From a virus (Duplodnaviria; Caudoviricetes): DNA of 54,336 nucleotides. The stretch covers positions 1 through 54,336 of IMG/VR virus record IMGVR_UViG_3300017788_000031, one strand, 5' to 3'. Position numbers and translations under genes: made by a program. Below, piece by piece: positions 52,101-54,336 of the stretch. Each line of letters opens with the position of its first letter. Position 1 is the first letter of the stretch. Under the pieces are notes generated by a model. It searched no databases and had not been told where the DNA came from. It was given only the letters and a program-made list of their open reading frames with translations.

Positions 52101-54290
52101 GTTGAACAAGCCAACAGAGTTTCTGTAGTCATTCAATGTTTTCTTTGCCTGCTCTAAGGTTATCTCGCCACGAGCTACACGTGTCTTCAAGTCAACGACA
52201 AAAGCCTTTTGAATCTCAGGGTCTTTTGCTGATGCCTCGAATACATCGAACAATTGATTGTTCATAGCGTTGTATCCCTTCTTGCTATATGCGGTAGATA
52301 CTGCTGATGGAACACCCAATACTAAACCTCCGATAGCCTCTGCGGCTGCCGCCTTTCCTACTTCAGCAAAGTACTCAGCTGAAAACATTTCAGGAGTAGT
52401 GAACATCTCCTTCCCCTTCAAGGCATTGTATATATCCTTAAATGCATACTCAGATATTTGTTGCGCTCCCCCTGTCTCTGCCTCAGCCAATGCTGCTCCC
52501 GCAAGAGTAAGTCCGCCCTTTAGTGCGACTGAGTTTATTTCATTTCGAACAAGTTCGCCAAATGTTTTAGCAGTTGTAGTAGCACCCGATTTGCCTATGG
52601 CTTTAAGGATGACCTTGTTCATCAATCCCTTATTGGCTATGACGTTTCTTAAACCTATCGCCTCTAATGACGCTTCAGCTACACCAATAGGCGCAGCAAT
52701 CAAACGCTTTTCATCTTCCGATATATCTTTAAAGTTTGGGTTATTAGCCATCTCTTCATATATGGCATCAGTAGCTTGAGCATACATCTGAGCACCTCGT
52801 TGAACCCAACCAATTGCACCCGGGCCGCCAATCATAGCAGGTAAACTTTCGGCTACACCTCCTAATGCCATAGCAAGGAAAGAATCTTTCTCAAGTTTTT
52901 GACCGTACTCCTCAGTAGCCCTTCCACCAAACACATCTTTATATGCGGTCTTTGCGGCAGTAAAAGCACCTACCTCTCCTGTCTTTCCATACTTAGCTTC
53001 TTTGGCGATGTTGTCGCGCATCTTATCTTCAATCTCGTCTCTCTGCTCTTGACTCAAAGAGTTATACCAATTGTTGAACTTGCCGACTTCATCATCTTTT
53101 ATATAGGTATCCTTTCCTCCTTGAGCAAAACCTACATAGGTCTCAAAGGATGGAGTTTTATATCCTAATTTTCTTGCAGCCTCAACAGCGCCAAACTTAT
53201 CGCCACCTACCTTCATAGGGTTAGTATCAGTAAGAGCTGCACCTATATCTGCTCCAACATTTACAACACTTGGAGCCATCATTGTTAAACCCCTCAAAAG
53301 TTTATTGAAGAGCATTTCTCCCGGAGTTCCCTGTTGCTCAGCCATCATAACATATCTGCCGACTGCTGATTGAAGGGTAGTATTGTTTGCATTAAGAGAG
53401 TTCTGTCTTTTAACTAACTCCTCCTCTTTGGCTTTTAACTGCTCAAGACCTTTGTTATAACTGCTCTGCCTAACGATATAATCCATAGAGGATTTATCAG
53501 AGGCGTTGTTATCAAGAAATTCTTTTTCTTTTTCAAGCGATGCTTTCTGTATGAGAAAGTTGTTTACGTCTGACTTGAAATACTCAGCGTCTTCATTTAC
53601 TTTTTTCAGCTCATTGTTTATCTCTTCCTGACTTGCAAACTTTCTATTTACACCCTTGTACTGATTCTCAATAGACGCTAAACCTGCTACATCGGTATTT
53701 TCTGAGATAAACTTTTTAATCTTTTCCGATTCTTCCTTTGCGCTGCTATCAAAGTACGGGTCCAACGAGAACTCCATTTGCTTACCATTTGGAGCAGTGG
53801 CTATCATATAGTCTCCTGTAATACCTGACTCTTCAAACTTAAATCCCATTGGCCCAAACTGATAGTTCATTTTAGGCACAACAACTTCTTCCACCTCATT
53901 AATTAAATCAGGAGTAATTATGTCAAGTGAAGACTGAAAGAACTGAGGAACAGTAGCCTGTGGTGTGGCTACAGGCTGAGGCTTAGTTGGCTCTTGCTGC
54001 GATGGCAACCCCGATAAAGAACCTGCCACAGCTAATTCCATAGTATCTGACTCCCCTTTTTTTTTTACCTCTTCGGGTTGAGGGGCAGCCTGTGGTTGAG
54101 CAATAACACCTGACCAAGCGGATTGGAAAGTCGGTAGGTCTGTGGTTTGGAATAAATTCTTTTGCTTACCTAATTCATACAAAGAGTTCTGCTGCTGTTC
54201 ATTGGCTGCGCGAAACATATCCAATGAGGTAGCTGATGTGATGATTCCGTTCTGTATGTATAGGTTGTATAGTTGTTCTATTTTATCCAT
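43137..54290 (-). CDS. Giant polyvalent internal virion/ejection protein (3717 aa)
   Basis: HEAWH metallopeptidase motif; ART-like VRTPEFKAWFGDW...VYHGS; glycosylase-like TMDRW...ADLQAVLW; kinase-like IGSGSDRVV...VLKVAK; GNAT-like QGKGIG; helical N- and C-terminal regions. Confidence 0.8.
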   Translation of the reverse strand: MDKIEQLYNLYIQNGIITSATSLDMFRAANEQQQNSLYELGKQKNLFQTTDLPTFQSAWSGVIAQPQAAPQPEEVKKKGESDTMELAVAGSLSGLPSQQEPTKPQPVATPQATVPQFFQSSLDIITPDLINEVEEVVVPKMNYQFGPMGFKFEESGITGDYMIATAPNGKQMEFSLDPYFDSSAKEESEKIKKFISENTDVAGLASIENQYKGVNRKFASQEEINNELKKVNEDAEYFKSDVNNFLIQKASLEKEKEFLDNNASDKSSMDYIVRQSSYNKGLEQLKAKEEELVKRQNSLNANNTTLQSAVGRYVMMAEQQGTPGEMLFNKLLRGLTMMAPSVVNVGADIGAALTDTNPMKVGGDKFGAVEAARKLGYKTPSFETYVGFAQGGKDTYIKDDEVGKFNNWYNSLSQEQRDEIEDKMRDNIAKEAKYGKTGEVGAFTAAKTAYKDVFGGRATEEYGQKLEKDSFLAMALGGVAESLPAMIGGPGAIGWVQRGAQMYAQATDAIYEEMANNPNFKDISEDEKRLIAAPIGVAEASLEAIGLRNVIANKGLMNKVILKAIGKSGATTTAKTFGELVRNEINSVALKGGLTLAGAALAEAETGGAQQISEYAFKDIYNALKGKEMFTTPEMFSAEYFAEVGKAAAAEAIGGLVLGVPSAVSTAYSKKGYNAMNNQLFDVFEASAKDPEIQKAFVVDLKTRVARGEITLEQAKKTLNDYRNSVGLFNSLPENLDTNEKKEAMNLLKEKRDLEQQISGKDEALTRRQRNRINDINTELEALSDKAATRTRTVTLPTGNEIQVDPDKATEIETLMSEYNQLTQERSNFEERSKVGTDGILDEVTNTVEFFNTEQELNDELQKRWEQTDLAKRQAEILNEITTLATPAVAPAPTQQATILSTPETTTTALNELPSEEKTNITFMQEDGTETPVMGNEQMLSDLYHQAMATPEAERTPAQLSAVDAVQVSLKTQLEQEAEQQARPERATTKAGIFKNTIQSLMSVMPEIKVTNHKNLAEMKAYAEREFGNEVSKVFGSGDAGVIIYDQSNKPVAILVNDGSADATTLPHEAWHGIFFKAFGDNPQLFKEFQGRVRQILLDNGYDDVVRQLDDFVDSEGYKQSDTQAEEWMVQLGAYLTASGLDPRSINNRTLLQQLKDLFNEFAKRITGQPIFLEDATPEDVLDFMVAISDRMSRGESIADFFRNEEQRQGEGGPRVKPQVAGKTGFAPNGKPSNLTAEQYKLVRTPEFKAWFGDWENDPKNASKVVDENGEPLVVYHGSPKYTYRFDENKKWTEFENKRFDRFDESIKRFSHTKKGFYFGGYQAAKEYADANGEVYEVFLKSLNPLVNDNGVDFSVDGKIIFSNRLTEENYNLLVKNKIDGLISYLPGKQLNEIVVFDSKQIKLADGSNTTFDNANPSIKFQQAGKTGFENNPVYFDNVKGFASKSSFDNKIQFKKAVQDLFTSYIPELKKKYGKAFNPSKNDALTKKYLSDIITAEAVKAIEEHPEAIGWYDEKTRSALDVISAIHPEIATDKEARGSFILPLAVMSNGNLVDFNFDLAEKQYDYFKKNGRFNPNGGFGLQQSGIKKSILLINSLLDNGLTMSDINTFLTSKYRAGDLKVKIDGKVKNLASGELADEMVYGAVILGPKIGNGFYMNLWGQFDQLTMDRWFMRTWGRLTGTLLKTDKAAINEGKKRVSNALDAIKSDPEALAILKSVVPKLSGVSPADLAKTIEKVSMDTKKREVLASNPNTDELRKAGNSLSKNISGEKEAPANGNERKFIRDVFTDVARRLKKENNIDITMADLQAVLWYPEKILYESFKGGQTFEEASEGYTSESAPDYFNAAKKLATKLGVNETAINQALSRGRERAQRSVGETDTTVGESVSGTNKEALKRVTETIEKPKQGKPRVKSQVASEGTSLFRTEEDANIGFQYDTDKVARERFNIYRLKKIGSGSDRVVFDLGDGKVLKVAKTARGLEQNIYEGDAYNNVIPKVFERGLNYVVTEKANPLRANDMVPTYNEDGDQIGEARAADMISDLQGFSQRDFDNHRSQLQDVLMKYGLQDIINYDVLWPDFIRIANWGYKDGMPLHTDGGTFGGVDMLTSRSSKSLTDPEFREIYEKSKKAKKEFGDTDIYVKFQKSGNTGFEQVKKVAQRYNVNNQGFAPKQVNDSAMRKELEPLGYSTRRARVDEQGRGGGVFIVDGNGRFVNPFRVKPQISGKTGLENKITFYRNGKKLTVDLNRIEVKQNESRSAPWKHYDILFEGKTLGYIQLDSRGDDLKIAISGLFPGVKNKTELDSLIELVLKVLEKIFPNKFKGNVILSQDKNQGKGIGTRAYGLLAEELQNKYGKKLISDTTRSDAAEALWRSLERKGLAKVVGDRENSKATWQYHYEYVVPKERIVKSQRINLGAGRLEENVNTIPGYDRMLEEVNAIIERTKRRGASNERIMKGVMDYLQTSAVYERANDTQREQLVRNVQTEFGKRIKSAPSVGRLLGTIKDIKNITLSEKELLKQQIKSLARGARTAVAAWRAANRELTAEIAEQRLSGKVNTKQVASILRRFANVNMFNEESIDKFVDYMTKVFEDANYAEKIERARRLLSTAKKNIRTKIGISEAAAPLLEQLFAINPNLIPDAVLDKYLSLVEMFGEKATVLKLDEVTNVIATADEILTAVDEEVSLAEELAIRFENYADKVFDDDGKLDYAATLAQMQEEDVITEDDAKLMQKYKRLILPKVEKPEMTEAEIEQEKNVLISVINSLDVNDGRLPSRDERNLAKELKALLKPELLKQLTIPQLKNVIKLIDNIDNGYLPHYAQLTVERLDSFKNASSLMESVKTSVPLMFEKAYSRIKSAITKKGAISEMIRRNPLYNMDQIFGDFKTKNIYKSLFEGMAKAQALFDSEINKVNKLLDKAHDAVAKSYGNESNATLFSSFKMMTYMLQLEYESNPGNKEVHPESKVLKATIKHIDKGKSKYGDKEADMLQKILTEYSTDGEIDNERLYNSFNPAEKAAIKTIQEINESLRDKAVYTAAVIRGDRINPLNNYVHHYVMHEFNPDERATGVQTADAYNSSMRPSTRAQSLIERTNKVSPMNFDVFASAQRGAKFVLLDYTMTQPIRTGRKTLSQTRIELEKDGRIPKSEREVFNSIESAFDEVVANVLTNNMITDSRAEEIINFISKTGYRAILASVPRFISELTSNFGTIIFDPKSFADGVKLFKKMNGVDAENIMKNSKSVQTNRLYGGQALSGKFIDTSVLGQTTGIKSATAKGDVANVVNKIYNNSLKKYKNFVELTADTLISTPDKLVMRPFWMGVYANAFKKETGQDIDLDKVAANDEAYMNEHKDAITKATDEADRMSVRVGATDNPFMGMLKGTVKPNQSGFTRAFNNFNNFMTRFAIYEYTTAREGIYAAMGNGMITKRQGYALLAGVATRMTVYTLLSQMLGNAMLSLFADDDKDDEKTFMQKFGQSLASTGTGLILGRNFGNATKSLINYGVEEMNKEFLTALREGDYDPYKDAISYSIIPKERKGHKTNLTDFITQMGGSFGPSLKTADLIARKMFEAPKKKEDAIERGKQETQIRIPLEVLGHLGYIPLYKDVRKVVMDQMYKDLENADKKAADKKQAEKEMLHGYENKTDMKRYNPELYEQVFGEKSPGYDAEQAKKKIEKEKEDLERRRKDEFYNYTPKKTQEKSGGFGSKKLGGETKKQSGGFGSKKFGE
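51374..51389. repeat. 16-bp perfect palindrome copy inside the giant gene
   Basis: GTGTCTTTAAAGACAC. Confidence 0.95.
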
Positions 54291-54306
54291 TTATCGGAAA
54301 GTCTTT

Positions 54307-54336
54307 TTATTGTCCACCAAATATAGCATCACCTGC
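54307..54336 (-). CDS. 3' end of an upstream gene, truncated by right window edge
   Basis: Reads AGDAIFGGQ-stop, 16 nt before the giant gene start. Confidence 0.4.
   Translation of the reverse strand, partial: AGDAIFGGQ

Noticed and set aside
52181-52190. GTGTCTTCAA as a further palindrome copy
   Set aside because: Only the left arm is present; it could be chance or decay.
54318-54325. TATATTTG as the promoter of the giant gene
   Set aside because: It overlaps the apparent end of the upstream gene and its -33 region lies outside the window, so it cannot be judged.
1-54336. Integrase, transposase, reverse transcriptase/DGR, intron or DNA polymerase
   Set aside because: No recognisable motifs in the translated ORFs; part of the genome lies outside the window, so absence is not proven.

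Overview
The window is most of the genome of a tailed dsDNA phage, probably a short-tailed podovirus of a Bacteroidota host. The host call rests on TAnnTTTG -7 promoters and A-rich starts without Shine-Dalgarno sites; the gene set resembles Cellulophaga phi38:1-like phages, from recall and not from a search. Minus strand 1-25 kb holds tail, capsid, scaffold, portal, terminase, lysis genes, a run of tiny Lys-rich ORFs and groEL/groES. A GC-rich divergence point lies at 25.1-25.4 kb. Plus strand 25.5-43.1 kb holds early genes, an amidoligase, a GATase-GGCT fusion, and recombination/replication genes. Minus strand 43.1-54.3 kb is one 3717-aa polyvalent ejection-type protein. The strongest unexplained signal is non-coding. 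A 16-bp palindrome GTGTCTT(CA/TG/TA)AAGACAC occurs at least 12 times, and four intergenic copies are fused directly to complete type III hammerhead ribozymes that end 18-24 nt before a start codon. Other notable elements are an anticodon-less tRNA-like element, a T4 gene 32-style pseudoknot ahead of the SSB gene, DnaA-box-like motifs with two DnaA-domain-IV proteins, a duplicated origin-like element, and repeat-delimited effector modules inside the giant protein. All calls come from reading the sequence; no database search or folding program was run.
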